DNA of 64,000 nucleotides from Nitratireductor sp. (GTDB lineage: Bacteria; Pseudomonadota; Alphaproteobacteria; Rhizobiales; Rhizobiaceae): NCBI GenBank assembly GCA_020441665.1, contig JAGRLT010000073.1, positions 33,254-97,253 of the forward strand. The letters are read 5' to 3'. The translations under genes were made by a program, and so were the position numbers. Positions 8,494-18,125 of the stretch are shown here, in pieces (within the stretch, counting starts at the first letter, position 1; each line of letters begins with the position of its first letter). The notes below the pieces were generated by a model that was not told where the DNA came from, did no database searches, and worked only from the letters and a program-made list of their open reading frames with translations.

Positions 8494-9087
8494 TCAGCCG
8501 CCCTTCTGCTCATAGGCGGTTCCCCAGCCCCAGGCGCCCGATCCGAAGCCGCGCGCCACGACGCGCTCGCGATAGATGGCGGAGACCACATCCCCGTCGC
8601 CGGCCAGCAGCGCCTTGGTCGAACACATTTCCGCACAGAGCGGCAATTTACCCTCGGCGATGCGGTTGCGGCCGTATTTCTGGAACTCGGCCTGGGAATT
8701 GTTCTCCTCCGGACCGCCGGCACAGAAGGTGCACTTGTCCATCTTGCCGCGCGAACCGAAATTGCCGGCCTGCGGATATTGCGGCGCGCCGAACGGGCAG
8801 GCGTAGAAGCAATAGCCGCAGCCGATGCACAGATCCTTCGAATGCAGCACGATGCCTTCCTCGGTCTGGTAGAAGCAGTCGACCGGGCACACCGCCATGC
8901 AGGGCGCATCCGAACAATGCATGCAGGCGACCGAGATCGTCCGTTCGCCGGGCTTGCCGTCATTGATGGTCACCACCCGGCGACGGTTGATGCCCCAGGG
9001 GACTTCGTTCTCGTTCTTGCAGGCCGTCACACAGGCATTGCACTCGATGCAGCGCTCGGCATCACAAAGGAATTTAGCTCTGGCCAT
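8494..9087 (-). CDS. fdnH: Formate dehydrogenase beta subunit, 4x[4Fe-4S] ferredoxin-type, 197 aa
   Basis: Cys clusters CIECNACVTAC, CMHCSDAPCMAVCP, CIGCGYCFYACP and CTFC...C. It is adjacent to the alpha subunit gene. Confidence 0.9.
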   Translation of the reverse strand: MARAKFLCDAERCIECNACVTACKNENEVPWGINRRRVVTINDGKPGERTISVACMHCSDAPCMAVCPVDCFYQTEEGIVLHSKDLCIGCGYCFYACPFGAPQYPQAGNFGSRGKMDKCTFCAGGPEENNSQAEFQKYGRNRIAEGKLPLCAEMCSTKALLAGDGDVVSAIYRERVVARGFGSGAWGWGTAYEQKGG

Positions 9088-9099
9088 CGTGATATCTCC

Positions 9100-11994
9100 T
9101 TATGCCGCGCTGATCTTGCAGAGCGTCGCCTTGGTCTCCTGCATCTGGGTGACCGAGTCGTAGCCATAGGTCTGCGCCGTATTGGACGCCTCGCCCAGCA
9201 CATAGGGGTCGGCACCCTTGGGATATTTGTCCCTCAGATCCTTGCCCTCGAAATGGCCGCCAAAGTGGAACGGCATGAAGGCAACGCCCTCGCCCACCCT
9301 TTCGGTGACCATCGCCATCACCTTGACCTTGGCGCCTTCCGCCCCCTCGACCCAGACCTGCTCGCCATCGCGGATGCCGATATTGTTGGCATCGCGCGGA
9401 TTGACCTCGACGAACATGTTCTGCTGCAATTCGGCAAGCCACGGGTTCGACCGCGTCTCGTCGCCGCCGCCCTCATATTCGACCAGCCGGCCGGAAGTGA
9501 GGATCATCGGATAATCCTGCGTGAAGTCCTGCTTCTGGATCGAAGCATAGAGCGTCGGCAGCCGGTAGAACTTGCGGTCTTCATAGGTCGGGTAGTCGGC
9601 CACCAGATCGCGACGCGGCGTATAGAGCGGCTCGCGGTGCAGCGGCACGGGATCGGGGAAGGTCCACACCACCGCCCGCGCCTTGGCATTGCCGAAGGGC
9701 GCACAGCCATGCTTGATCGCGACCCGCTGGATGCCGCCCGAGAGATCGATCTTCCAGTTGGCCTTCGGCCCGCCGACGGCATCGATCGCCGCGCGTTCCT
9801 CATCGGTCAGATCGCCGTCCCAGCCGAGATCCATCAGCATCTGCATGGTGAATTCGGGATAGCCGTCGCGCAGTTCGGCCCCCGGATTGGAAACCCCTTC
9901 GGCAAGCAGGTTGTCGCCATCGCGCTCGACGCCGAACCGCGCCCTGAAGCACAATCCGCCCTCGGCGACCGGCTTCGACATGTCATAGAGGTTCGGCGTG
10001 CCGGGATGACCCATTTCCGGCGTTCCCCAGCACGGCCAGGGCAGGCCGTAATACTCGCCGTCATTGGGTCCACCCACCGCCTGCAGGGTCGTCTTGTCGA
10101 AAGTGTGCTGGTTCGCCATATGCGACTTGAGGCGTTCCGGCGACTGGCCGCTATAGCCGATGGTCCACATGCCACGGTTGAATTCGCGGGTGATGTCCTC
10201 GACATTCGGATCGTCCTCGCCATCCATCGCGATGTTGCGGAACAGCCGGTCGGCAAAGCCGAACTTGCGGGCGAATTTCGCCGCGATCACCTGATCGGGC
10301 AGGCTCTCGAACAGCGGATCGACCACCTTGTCGCGCCATTGCAGCGAGCGGTTGGAAGCCGTCACCGAACCGCGAGTCTCGAACTGGGTCGCGGCCGGCA
10401 GCAGATAGACGCCATCGGTGCGGTCATGCATCACGGCCGATACCGTCGGATAGGGATCGACCACGACCAGCATGTCGAGCTTTTCCATCGCGGTTTTCAT
10501 TTCCTTGCCGCGCGTCTGGGAGTTCGGCGCATGGCCCCACAGCACCATGGCACGAACATTGTTCGGCTGATCCATATTGGCCGGGTCTTCCAGCACGCCG
10601 TCGATCCAGCGCGAGACCGGAATGCCGGTCACGTTCATCAGGTTCTGGTCGTTTCCGTCCTTGTCCTTGATCGTGCCGAACCGGCCCTTGAGCCAGTCGA
10701 GATCCTCGCCCCAGACCCGGCACCAATGCGCCCAGGCCCCTTCCGCCAGGCCGTAATAGCCAGGCAGGTCGTGGCTCAGAACGCCGAGATCGGTCGCGCC
10801 CTGCACATTGTCATGGCCGCGAAAGATATTGGTCCCGCCGCCCGAAACGCCCATATTGCCGAGCGCCAGCTGCAGCACGCAATAGGCCCGCGTGTTGTTG
10901 TTGCCATTGGTATGCTGGGTGCCGCCCATGCACCAGATCACCGTGCCGGGCCGGTTGTTCGCCATGGTGCGGGCAACGCGCTTCAACTGGCTGCCCGGAA
11001 CCCCGGTCACCCGTTCGGTCTCCTCCGGCGTCCATTTGGCGACCTCGTCGCGAATCTGGTCCATGCCCCACACGCGGGTGCGGATGAACTCCTTGTCCTC
11101 CCAGCCATTGTCGAAGATGTGGTAGAGAATGCCCCAGACCAGCGCCACATCGGTGCCGGGGCGGAAACGCACATATTCGTCGGCATGGGCCGCCGTGCGG
11201 GTGAAGCGCGGATCGCAGACGATCAGCGGCGCATTGTTCTGTTCCTTGGAGCGCAGCAGATGCTGCAGCGACACCGGATGGGCCTCCGCCGGATTGCCGC
11301 CGATGACGAAGATCGCCTTGGAATTGTGAATGTCGTTGTAGGAATTGGTCATGGCGCCGTAGCCCCATGTATTGGCGACGCCGGCAACCGTGGTCGAGTG
11401 GCAGATGCGTGCCTGATGATCGACGTTGTTGGAGCCCCAATAGGCGGCGAACTTGCGGAACAGATAGGCCTGCTCGTTATTGTGCTTGGCCGAGCCGAGC
11501 CAGTAGACGCTGTCGGGACCGCTCTCCTCGCGGATCTTCATCATGCCGTCGCCGATCTCGTTGATCGCGTCTTCCCAACTGAGGCGCTTCCACTCGCCGC
11601 CTTCCTTCTTCATCGGATATTTGAGGCGGCGCTCGCCATGGGCATGTTCGCGAACCGACGCGCCCTTGGCGCAATGGGCGCCGAGATTGAACGGGCTGTC
11701 AAAGCCGGGCTCCTGGCCGATCCACACCCCGTCGGAGACTTCCGCGATCACCGTGCAGCCGACCGAACAATGGGTGCAGACAGACTTGACCGTCTCGACC
11801 GGCTTGCCGCCGGTGGTCTGTGCCGCTGCCCGGGTCACTGTGCCGCCGGTCGCCGTGACCGCCGCCAGGCCGCCGACGGCAAGTCCCGATCCCTTCAGAA
11901 AGGCGCGGCGGTCGACGGTCCTGCCGGCCGCCTCCTGCAGGATACCGCCGCCGGAAGCCCGCCGTGTCACGCCACTGGTCTTTTTCCTCAGCAT
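9100..11994 (-). CDS. fdnG: Formate dehydrogenase alpha subunit (bis-MGD Mo/W enzyme), Tat-exported, Cys-type, 964 aa
   Basis: Twin-arginine signal TVDRRAFLKGSG and [4Fe-4S] motif CTHCSVGCTV. The active-site stretch ARICHSTTV has Cys where Sec-type enzymes have U. The ORF is uninterrupted, so there is no in-frame TGA. Confidence 0.93.
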   Translation of the reverse strand: MLRKKTSGVTRRASGGGILQEAAGRTVDRRAFLKGSGLAVGGLAAVTATGGTVTRAAAQTTGGKPVETVKSVCTHCSVGCTVIAEVSDGVWIGQEPGFDSPFNLGAHCAKGASVREHAHGERRLKYPMKKEGGEWKRLSWEDAINEIGDGMMKIREESGPDSVYWLGSAKHNNEQAYLFRKFAAYWGSNNVDHQARICHSTTVAGVANTWGYGAMTNSYNDIHNSKAIFVIGGNPAEAHPVSLQHLLRSKEQNNAPLIVCDPRFTRTAAHADEYVRFRPGTDVALVWGILYHIFDNGWEDKEFIRTRVWGMDQIRDEVAKWTPEETERVTGVPGSQLKRVARTMANNRPGTVIWCMGGTQHTNGNNNTRAYCVLQLALGNMGVSGGGTNIFRGHDNVQGATDLGVLSHDLPGYYGLAEGAWAHWCRVWGEDLDWLKGRFGTIKDKDGNDQNLMNVTGIPVSRWIDGVLEDPANMDQPNNVRAMVLWGHAPNSQTRGKEMKTAMEKLDMLVVVDPYPTVSAVMHDRTDGVYLLPAATQFETRGSVTASNRSLQWRDKVVDPLFESLPDQVIAAKFARKFGFADRLFRNIAMDGEDDPNVEDITREFNRGMWTIGYSGQSPERLKSHMANQHTFDKTTLQAVGGPNDGEYYGLPWPCWGTPEMGHPGTPNLYDMSKPVAEGGLCFRARFGVERDGDNLLAEGVSNPGAELRDGYPEFTMQMLMDLGWDGDLTDEERAAIDAVGGPKANWKIDLSGGIQRVAIKHGCAPFGNAKARAVVWTFPDPVPLHREPLYTPRRDLVADYPTYEDRKFYRLPTLYASIQKQDFTQDYPMILTSGRLVEYEGGGDETRSNPWLAELQQNMFVEVNPRDANNIGIRDGEQVWVEGAEGAKVKVMAMVTERVGEGVAFMPFHFGGHFEGKDLRDKYPKGADPYVLGEASNTAQTYGYDSVTQMQETKATLCKISAA

Positions 11995-12092
11995 CTTCTT
12001 CTCCCTGTCCGGTAGCCGCTACCGATGCGTCTGCGATCCGGCCGGCACCCCGCGAGAACGGTGCCTGTCATGCGGCCGGGGTTGTGTGCCGG

Positions 12093-12320
12093 TCAGAACC
12101 GGGCGCTGTCGTAATAGGCGCGGATATGCGCCGTGTCCTGGATGCGGTCCGATGCCGGATCGGGCGCGGCGGCTTCCGCCCTGCCCGTGCCCGCCGCGCT
12201 GGCTGCGGCAATCGCGGCGGGCGCCGAAAGCGCCGCCATCTTCAGAAAGTCGCGCCGACCGCCCTTTGGCTTGCCGGCCGTCTTTCCCGACGGTCCACCC
12301 GCCTCGTTTCCTGTCGTCAT
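12093..12320 (-). CDS. Small Tat-signal protein of formate dehydrogenase regions (75 aa)
   Basis: MTTGNEAGGPSGKTAGKPKGGRRDFLKMAALSAPAAIAAA carries a twin-arginine motif. It lies immediately upstream of fdnG and resembles the 'formate dehydrogenase region TAT target' family as I remember it. Confidence 0.7.
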   Translation of the reverse strand: MTTGNEAGGPSGKTAGKPKGGRRDFLKMAALSAPAAIAAASAAGTGRAEAAAPDPASDRIQDTAHIRAYYDSARF

Positions 12321-12424
12321 AAGGGTTTCTCCCTTCCGGTTGGGCCCGCCAGCGCCACCCGCGCGATCGGCCGTTTCTGCAATTTCAAACCCCGAACTCC
12401 CTGCCACCCCTCGCGCCGGGCATC

Positions 12425-13036
12425 TCAGGTGTCGGCCAGCATTCGGAAGGCCTCCGCCTCGATCTCCATGAACTGGCGGCCGACCGAGCCGACCGCCGCA
12501 TAGAAGGGCGAATTGCCGGTCGCCTCCAGATCGGTGAAAAAATGCACGGCCCACGGGCCGATATGAGCGTCGAAGAAGCGTCTTTGCGCCGCGAGCGGCA
12601 ACACCGCGCCGTAGCGCCCGGTGATCATGCCGCCCATCATCTCCATCAGCGAGGCGATGTTGTCTTCCGGCTCCTTGCGGCCGTCGCTGCGCGCAATGCC
12701 CGCCTTCGCCATGTCGCGCCGAAGCCTGGCGAGCGGCTTCTCGTTGAGAAATCCGGTCAGATAATAGCTCGCATAAGGCAGCAGCTCGCCCCGCCCCAGA
12801 CCGATGAACAATTGATTGTATTCGCGTTCTGCCGCCCCCGCCGAGGTTATCCCGGCAAGGCGCGCCAGCATGCCCAGCGCCTGGCCGAGCGGCGCATCGT
12901 CGCTCTGCAGGGCCGAAACCTGTCGCAGCAGCGCCGCGTCGGCCGGCCTTACCAGCAGCAGTCCAAGAAAGTCGTACAGATCGGCGCGGGCCCGGTCTTC
13001 CGGGTCGATGACGTGCAGTTTGCGCACCGCCGACAT
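12425..13036 (-). CDS. TorD/DmsD-family redox-enzyme maturation chaperone, 203 aa
   Basis: Size, the motif region EYNQLFIGLGRGELLPYASYY and the location in an fdh cluster all fit TorD-like chaperones. Confidence 0.7.
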   Translation of the reverse strand: MSAVRKLHVIDPEDRARADLYDFLGLLLVRPADAALLRQVSALQSDDAPLGQALGMLARLAGITSAGAAEREYNQLFIGLGRGELLPYASYYLTGFLNEKPLARLRRDMAKAGIARSDGRKEPEDNIASLMEMMGGMITGRYGAVLPLAAQRRFFDAHIGPWAVHFFTDLEATGNSPFYAAVGSVGRQFMEIEAEAFRMLADT

Positions 13037-13182
13037 GGGGTCGTCTCCTCAAAGGGCGCCGCATCCGCCGAGCAACCGCTGTGACCATCCCCACATGACC
13101 AGCGGCGGCATGATGCCGCTGCAATACGAACCACGGTTTCGGGCCTTGGCGAAAGGCCGCCGCCACGGCATGAGAACCGGCA

Positions 13183-13860
13183 CTACCCGAAACGAAACCG
13201 CATCCGCCTCCTGGCAGGTGCTGTTTGCGGATCATTCTCCTCGCCGGCATCGCTGGAAACAGGCTCCGCTTCGCCGGTGTAATTATCTTGCACCGGATTC
13301 TCTTCGACAGTCAATGCGTCCGTCTTCACGATCTCCCCATATTCGACTTCAGTATTAGAAACCTCATTTTCAGCCGTAAAATCAACATCTTCTATTGTCG
13401 CATGCGCATCCTGTCCGCGCTCAGCCTGTTCGGCCATATGCACTATATGTCTCATCATGCCCTGGCCGACCCGATAGCTGCTCGAAACGGCACCCGCCGA
13501 AACCGCCGCATCGCGATAATCCTCGCCGTGATCGACCAGGCCGTCGAGATTGGCGAGAACCGGATTGCTGCGCCAAAGCCGTTTCAGCGCCCGGCGGCGG
13601 ATCGCCTCGGGAATGCCTTTCGCCAGAAAGCGCGTGAAGTCGTCGCCCTCTTTGAGCGTGTCGGGATCGGGCAGGCCGAGTTCCACGAGGATTTCCGCCT
13701 CGCTTCTGTCGGCCTGCGCGGCGGCCTCCACCTCCTGCTCGGCGGCAATCCGGGCCTCTTCAAGCGCTGCAAGATGCGCCCGCTCCTCCGCCGCCTCGGC
13801 GTCACGCACCGCCGCCTTGCGCCGCGACCAGAAATCACCACCGTCGCGCCTGCCACTCAT
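13183..13860 (-). CDS. DUF3306-like acidic protein, 225 aa
   Basis: It has a charged coiled N-terminus, the block LWRSNPVLANLDGLVDHGEDY and an acidic C-terminus. The start overlaps the stop of the upstream gene (ATGA). The family assignment is from memory. Confidence 0.6.
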   Translation of the reverse strand: MSGRRDGGDFWSRRKAAVRDAEAAEERAHLAALEEARIAAEQEVEAAAQADRSEAEILVELGLPDPDTLKEGDDFTRFLAKGIPEAIRRRALKRLWRSNPVLANLDGLVDHGEDYRDAAVSAGAVSSSYRVGQGMMRHIVHMAEQAERGQDAHATIEDVDFTAENEVSNTEVEYGEIVKTDALTVEENPVQDNYTGEAEPVSSDAGEENDPQTAPARRRMRFRFG

Positions 13861-14420
13861 CGCCCGCCGTCCTTGCGCCTGGCGGCCGGCGCACGATAGA
13901 CATCGCTCATCTGCTCGATGCGTGCGTCACCCACGCCGTCACCGGCCCCGTCCATGCGCAGCCCGTCGCGCTTGCGCTTGACGAACCTCTCTTCCTCGTG
14001 ATGGCGCGCGATGAACGCCGCGACCCAGGCGACGACACCGGGCGGCATGGCGACCTTCTCGACGAGACCGCTGCCCGGATCGCCATAGGCCTGGCCCTCA
14101 TAGGGCGACGCGGTGACGAGTTTCAGCATGTAGGGAAACGGACTGCCCTCATGGCTTTCGGCCATCACCACGTAGAGCGAAGGCTGGCGGTCGGTGAGTG
14201 CCGCCCGGTAGGCCTCGGTATCGGCGCGGTGGAGAACGAGATCGGCGGTGCCGGCATGATATTCGACCGCATCGCCTTCCGCGCGCAGCACCTTCCAATC
14301 GGCAGGCCCCGCGCCCGGCAGCAGGGCGACCGGTTTCCAGACCCATTTTGCCCAACGCGTAACCCCCGGCAACCGCCGGACCACCACGCCGATGGGCATC
14401 GATATGGATTTTTCGCTCAT
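13857..14420 (-). CDS. DUF3305-like protein, 187 aa
   Basis: MSEKSISMPIGVVVRRLPGVTRWAKWVWKPVALLPG.... Internal Met38 of ORF 13857..14531 was chosen as the start. It is translationally coupled to the next gene. Confidence 0.6.
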   Translation of the reverse strand: MSEKSISMPIGVVVRRLPGVTRWAKWVWKPVALLPGAGPADWKVLRAEGDAVEYHAGTADLVLHRADTEAYRAALTDRQPSLYVVMAESHEGSPFPYMLKLVTASPYEGQAYGDPGSGLVEKVAMPPGVVAWVAAFIARHHEEERFVKRKRDGLRMDGAGDGVGDARIEQMSDVYRAPAARRKDGGR

Positions 14421-14471
14421 GCCATCCTTCGATCCGGTGCCGCAAGCGGCCCAAGACTGCGCGAAGCGGCA

Positions 14472-14500
14472 GCCCTTTGTAAAGCGGCCCTTTGCAAAGC
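14472..14500. promoter_or_regulatory. Two direct copies of gccctttgYaaagc, each with a CTTTG(C/T)AAAG palindromic core, in a divergent promoter region
   Basis: Read directly at 14472-14485 and 14487-14500. They lie between the DUF3305-like start (14420) and the 4Fe-4S protein start (14634). Confidence 0.45.
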
Positions 14501-14633
14501 AGCATGGCAAGGCGGCATGACGATCGGCCAAGTCTCATCAAAGCCCTGTCTTGACAGAACCCGCTCCCGCGCGACTACTCTGCCGGCCGAAACCCATGCG
14601 CCGCAGGCGCCCTCCTCCATCCCGAAGAGCCCG

Positions 14634-16598
14634 ATGACCGGACCCAAACTCGTTCTCTGCAATTGCCTCAGCAGCCAGTCGCTCGATCCGCAGGCGCTCG
14701 AAAAGGCGACGGGCCTCGCCTGCGGCAAGGTGCATTCAGACCTTTGCGGGGCTGAAAGGGAGGCCGCCGCCAGGGCGATCTCCGAAGGCGATGCGATCAT
14801 CGCCTGCCGCCAGGAACAGCTTTTTTTCGAGGAATTGGCGACCGAAATCGAGGCGCCCGTGCCTAGCTTCGTCGATCTGCGCGACCGGGCCGGCTGGTCC
14901 GCCGACACTCGCGACAAATCGCCCAAGATGGCGGCGCTTGTCGCCGGCGCCCTGGTTCCGGTTCCCCCGGTCAAGACCCGCGACGTCGTCTCCGCCGGCA
15001 CCTGCCTGATTCTCGGCGAAACCGAGGCCGCCCTGGCGGCGGCGGTCCAGCTTTGCGAACTCCTGGCGGTGACCGTGCTGCTCCCCCCCGGCGCGGAACT
15101 GCCGCTCGTCGATGATCGCCGCTTCGACATCGTGATGGGAAAGCTCGCCGGCGCAACCGGCACGCTGGGCGGTTTCGCCGTTTCGATCGACGCCCTGCAA
15201 CAGCGCATCGCCGGCGGCCGCGGCACGCCCGCCATGACCGAGCCCCGGGACGGCGCCCGGTCGGAATGCGATATCCTGCTCGATTTCGCCGCCGGCAAGC
15301 CGCTCTTTGCCGCGCATGAAAAGCGCGAGGGCTATCTGCGCGTCGATCCGGGCAACCTGCAAGCCCGCATCGCCGCGATCCTCGAAGCCTCGCAGCTCGT
15401 CGGCACGTTCGAAAAGCCGCTCTATCTGCGGCTCAACGAACCGCTTTGCGCCCATTCCCGCGCCGCCAGGACCGGTTGCACGCGATGCCTCGACCTCTGC
15501 CCCACCGGCGCGCTCGCGCCCGATGGCGACCATGTCGCGGTCGACGCCATGGTCTGCGCCGGTTGTGGCGCCTGCGCCGCCGCCTGCCCTTCGGCGGCGA
15601 TCGCCTATGACGCGCCGCCGGCGGCAACCGTCTTCCAGCGCATCGCCGCCATGGCCTCGGCCTGGCGCAAACTGTCTAAGGACCGGCCCCGTCTGCTGGT
15701 CCATGATGGCGGCCATGGAGCGGAACTGATCCGGCTTTCCGCCCGCTACGGCAGGGGCCTGCCCGCCGATGTCGTGCCGATGGAGGTCGCCGCCCTGGCA
15801 GCTTTCGGCCATGCCGAGGCGCTTTCGGCGCTGGCGAGCGGGTTTTCATCCGTCACGATCCTGCTTTCGCCCGCCACCGAGCGCGACGGCATGCCGCTAC
15901 AGGCCGACCTTGCCAACACGATTGCCGGGCACAGCGCCGTCAGCCTGATCGAACCGGCCGATCCCGATGCGCTGGAAGCCGGACTGGAGGGCGAACCGCA
16001 AGCGGTGCCGGCCATCCCGCCGGTGACACCGGTCGGCTCCCGCCGTCAGGTCACCCGGCTCGCCGCCAAGGCGCTCAACCCGCCGGACGCGGTCATCGTG
16101 CTTCCCGCCGGCGCGCCCTACGGCACGCTCAAGGTCGATACCGGCGCCTGCACGCTCTGCCTTTCCTGCGTGTCACTCTGCCCTTCCGGCGCGCTGGGCG
16201 AAAACCCCGACAGGCCGCAATTGCGCTTCCAGGAAGATGCCTGCCTGCAATGCGGCATCTGCAGAAGCATCTGCCCGGAAAGCGCGATCGTGCTCGAACC
16301 GCGCCTCAACCTCGCCGACGACGCCCTGCGCCAGAACATCCTTCACGAAGAAGAGCCCTTTGCCTGCATCGAATGCGGCAAGCCCTTCGGCGTGCGCTCG
16401 ACGATCCTGAAGGTGACGGAAAAGCTTGCCGGCAAGCACGCCATGTTCGCCAACAAGGATGCTGTCCGCATGATCCAGATGTGCGACGACTGCCGGGTCA
16501 ACGCCGCCTATCATTCCCGGAACAATCCCTTCGCCGCCGGCGAGCGGCCAAGGGTCCGCACCACCGACGACTATCTCGACAAGCGCCGCGACCGGTAG
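14634..16598 (+). CDS. Large multi-[4Fe-4S] ferredoxin-domain protein, 654 aa
   Basis: Start MTGPKLVLCNCLSS at 14634. Cys clusters: CTRCLDLCP, CAGCGACAAACP, CTLCLSCVSLCP, CLQCGICRSICP and C-terminal CIECG...CDDC. Confidence 0.8.
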   Translation: MTGPKLVLCNCLSSQSLDPQALEKATGLACGKVHSDLCGAEREAAARAISEGDAIIACRQEQLFFEELATEIEAPVPSFVDLRDRAGWSADTRDKSPKMAALVAGALVPVPPVKTRDVVSAGTCLILGETEAALAAAVQLCELLAVTVLLPPGAELPLVDDRRFDIVMGKLAGATGTLGGFAVSIDALQQRIAGGRGTPAMTEPRDGARSECDILLDFAAGKPLFAAHEKREGYLRVDPGNLQARIAAILEASQLVGTFEKPLYLRLNEPLCAHSRAARTGCTRCLDLCPTGALAPDGDHVAVDAMVCAGCGACAAACPSAAIAYDAPPAATVFQRIAAMASAWRKLSKDRPRLLVHDGGHGAELIRLSARYGRGLPADVVPMEVAALAAFGHAEALSALASGFSSVTILLSPATERDGMPLQADLANTIAGHSAVSLIEPADPDALEAGLEGEPQAVPAIPPVTPVGSRRQVTRLAAKALNPPDAVIVLPAGAPYGTLKVDTGACTLCLSCVSLCPSGALGENPDRPQLRFQEDACLQCGICRSICPESAIVLEPRLNLADDALRQNILHEEEPFACIECGKPFGVRSTILKVTEKLAGKHAMFANKDAVRMIQMCDDCRVNAAYHSRNNPFAAGERPRVRTTDDYLDKRRDR

Positions 16599-16797
16599 AA
16601 AGCTCCGGTTTTGCAAGCCCTTGGGCGAAAGACCGGAATCAGTCCGGCAATCCGTTGAATCATTTTCTCAACCGGCAGCGGCGCGATCGGCCATGATTGC
16701 TCCGTTGGCATTGCACCGGCGCTGCGGTTATATGACCGCGAAAATCGATGAAACGCGCCGGCGCGACGCCGGCATCCGCCAGACAGGAGACGAAGCA

Positions 16798-16992
16798 ATG
16801 AGCGAAAATTTCAACATGTCGATGCGCAAGTTTCTCAAACAGGTGGGCGTCACCTCGCAGCAGGCCATCGAGGAAGCCATGCGCAAGGCAGGCGACACCG
16901 CCGGCCGCAAATTCGAGGCGAAGATGGTGCTGACCATCGATGGCCTCGATCTTGAACATGTGGTGAAGGGCGAGATCGAAGGTCAGGGCTGA
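16798..16992 (+). CDS. Small conserved hypothetical protein, 64 aa (DUF6494-like)
   Basis: MSENFNMSMRKFLKQVGVTSQQAIEEAMRK... with an AGGAGA SD upstream. It sits 5 nt before the mrp start. The family name is from memory. Confidence 0.5.
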   Translation: MSENFNMSMRKFLKQVGVTSQQAIEEAMRKAGDTAGRKFEAKMVLTIDGLDLEHVVKGEIEGQG

Positions 16993-16997
16993 GCCGC

Positions 16998-18125
16998 GTG
17001 GCGTCGGAGGGCCCGCTCACCCGCCAGGCCGTCCTGGCGGCGCTGAAAAACGTCATCGATCCGGCGACCGGCGAGGACATCGTCTCCTCCGGCACGATGC
17101 GCGCCCTGCAGGTCGCCGACGGCGCGGTGCGCTTCGTGCTGGAAGTCGAGGCGGCGCGAGCGCGCGAGATGGAGCCGCTGCGCGCCGACGCCGAAGCCAG
17201 TGTCCGGGCGCTCGCCGGCTGCACCTCGGTGCAGGCGGTGATGACCGCCCCTTCCGCGACCCCGGCCGCAAGACCCGCCCCCTCCCCGGCGGCGGCAGCC
17301 CCATCGACCCAGCCGAGGCCGATCAAGCCGCCGCCGGCGCCGCTGCCCGGCGCGGGCCCGCAACGCGTTCCCGGCATCGGCCGCATTCTGGCGATCGCCT
17401 CGGGCAAGGGCGGCGTCGGCAAGTCGACCGTTGCCGCCAACCTCGCCTGCGCGCTCGCCGCGGCGGGCCGCCGGGTCGGCCTGCTCGATGCCGATGTCTA
17501 CGGCCCCTCCCAGCCGCGCATGCTCGGCATCAGCGGGCGGCCCACCTCGCCCGACGGTCAGATGATCCTGCCGCTGCGCAACCACGGCGTGACGATGATC
17601 TCCGTCGGCCTGATGACAAAGGAGGATCAGGCCGTCGCCTGGCGCGGGCCGATGCTGATGGGCGCCCTGCAGCAGATGATGGCCCAGGTGCAATGGGGCG
17701 CGCTCGACGTATTGCTGGTCGATCTGCCGCCCGGCACCGGCGACGTGCAGATGACGCTTGGCCAGAAATTCAGGGTCGATGGCGCGGTGATCGTCTCGAC
17801 GCCCCAGGACATCGCGCTGATCGATGCCCGCAAGGGGATTGACATGTTCCGCCAGATGAACATTCCCATCGCCGGCATGATCGAGAACATGTCGACCCAT
17901 GTCTGTTCGCAATGCGGCCATGAGGAACACATTTTCGGCCATGGCGGCGCGGTGGCGGAAGCCGAAAGGATCGGCGTCCCGCTGCTCGGCGAAGTGCCGC
18001 TGCACCTTGCCATTCGCATCGCCGCCGATGGCGGCACACCGGTGGTGATCGAAAAGCCCGAAAGCGCGCAGGCGGCAGCGTTTCACGCCATCGCCGAAAA
18101 GCTCGTCGCGGATGGCTACGCATGA
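16998..18125 (+). CDS. apbC: Mrp/ApbC/NBP35-family Fe-S cluster carrier ATPase, 375 aa
   Basis: N-terminal MIP18-like domain (LKNVIDPATGEDIVSSG), deviant Walker A (ASGKGGVGKSTVAANLA), and a CSQCGHEEHIFG CxxC motif. GTG start. Confidence 0.9.
   Translation: MASEGPLTRQAVLAALKNVIDPATGEDIVSSGTMRALQVADGAVRFVLEVEAARAREMEPLRADAEASVRALAGCTSVQAVMTAPSATPAARPAPSPAAAAPSTQPRPIKPPPAPLPGAGPQRVPGIGRILAIASGKGGVGKSTVAANLACALAAAGRRVGLLDADVYGPSQPRMLGISGRPTSPDGQMILPLRNHGVTMISVGLMTKEDQAVAWRGPMLMGALQQMMAQVQWGALDVLLVDLPPGTGDVQMTLGQKFRVDGAVIVSTPQDIALIDARKGIDMFRQMNIPIAGMIENMSTHVCSQCGHEEHIFGHGGAVAEAERIGVPLLGEVPLHLAIRIAADGGTPVVIEKPESAQAAAFHAIAEKLVADGYA

Noticed and set aside
9100-11994. Possible selenocysteine (TGA recoding plus SECIS) in the formate dehydrogenase alpha subunit
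   Set aside because: The ORF is continuous with no in-frame TGA, and the active-site position is encoded as Cys (ARICHSTTV). No selABC/selD genes are seen.
8152-12015. A 1287-aa ORF on the plus strand spanning the fdnH/fdnG region
   Set aside because: It is antisense to two genes with unmistakable Fdh motifs. Its translation is Arg/Ala/Gly/His-rich with no recognisable domain. Long antisense ORFs like this are expected in high-GC DNA.
13998-14633. A 212-codon upstream extension of the 4Fe-4S protein ORF (13998..16598)
   Set aside because: It runs antisense through the DUF3305-like gene and across the divergent promoter. A plausible start, MTGPKLVLCNC, lies at 14634.
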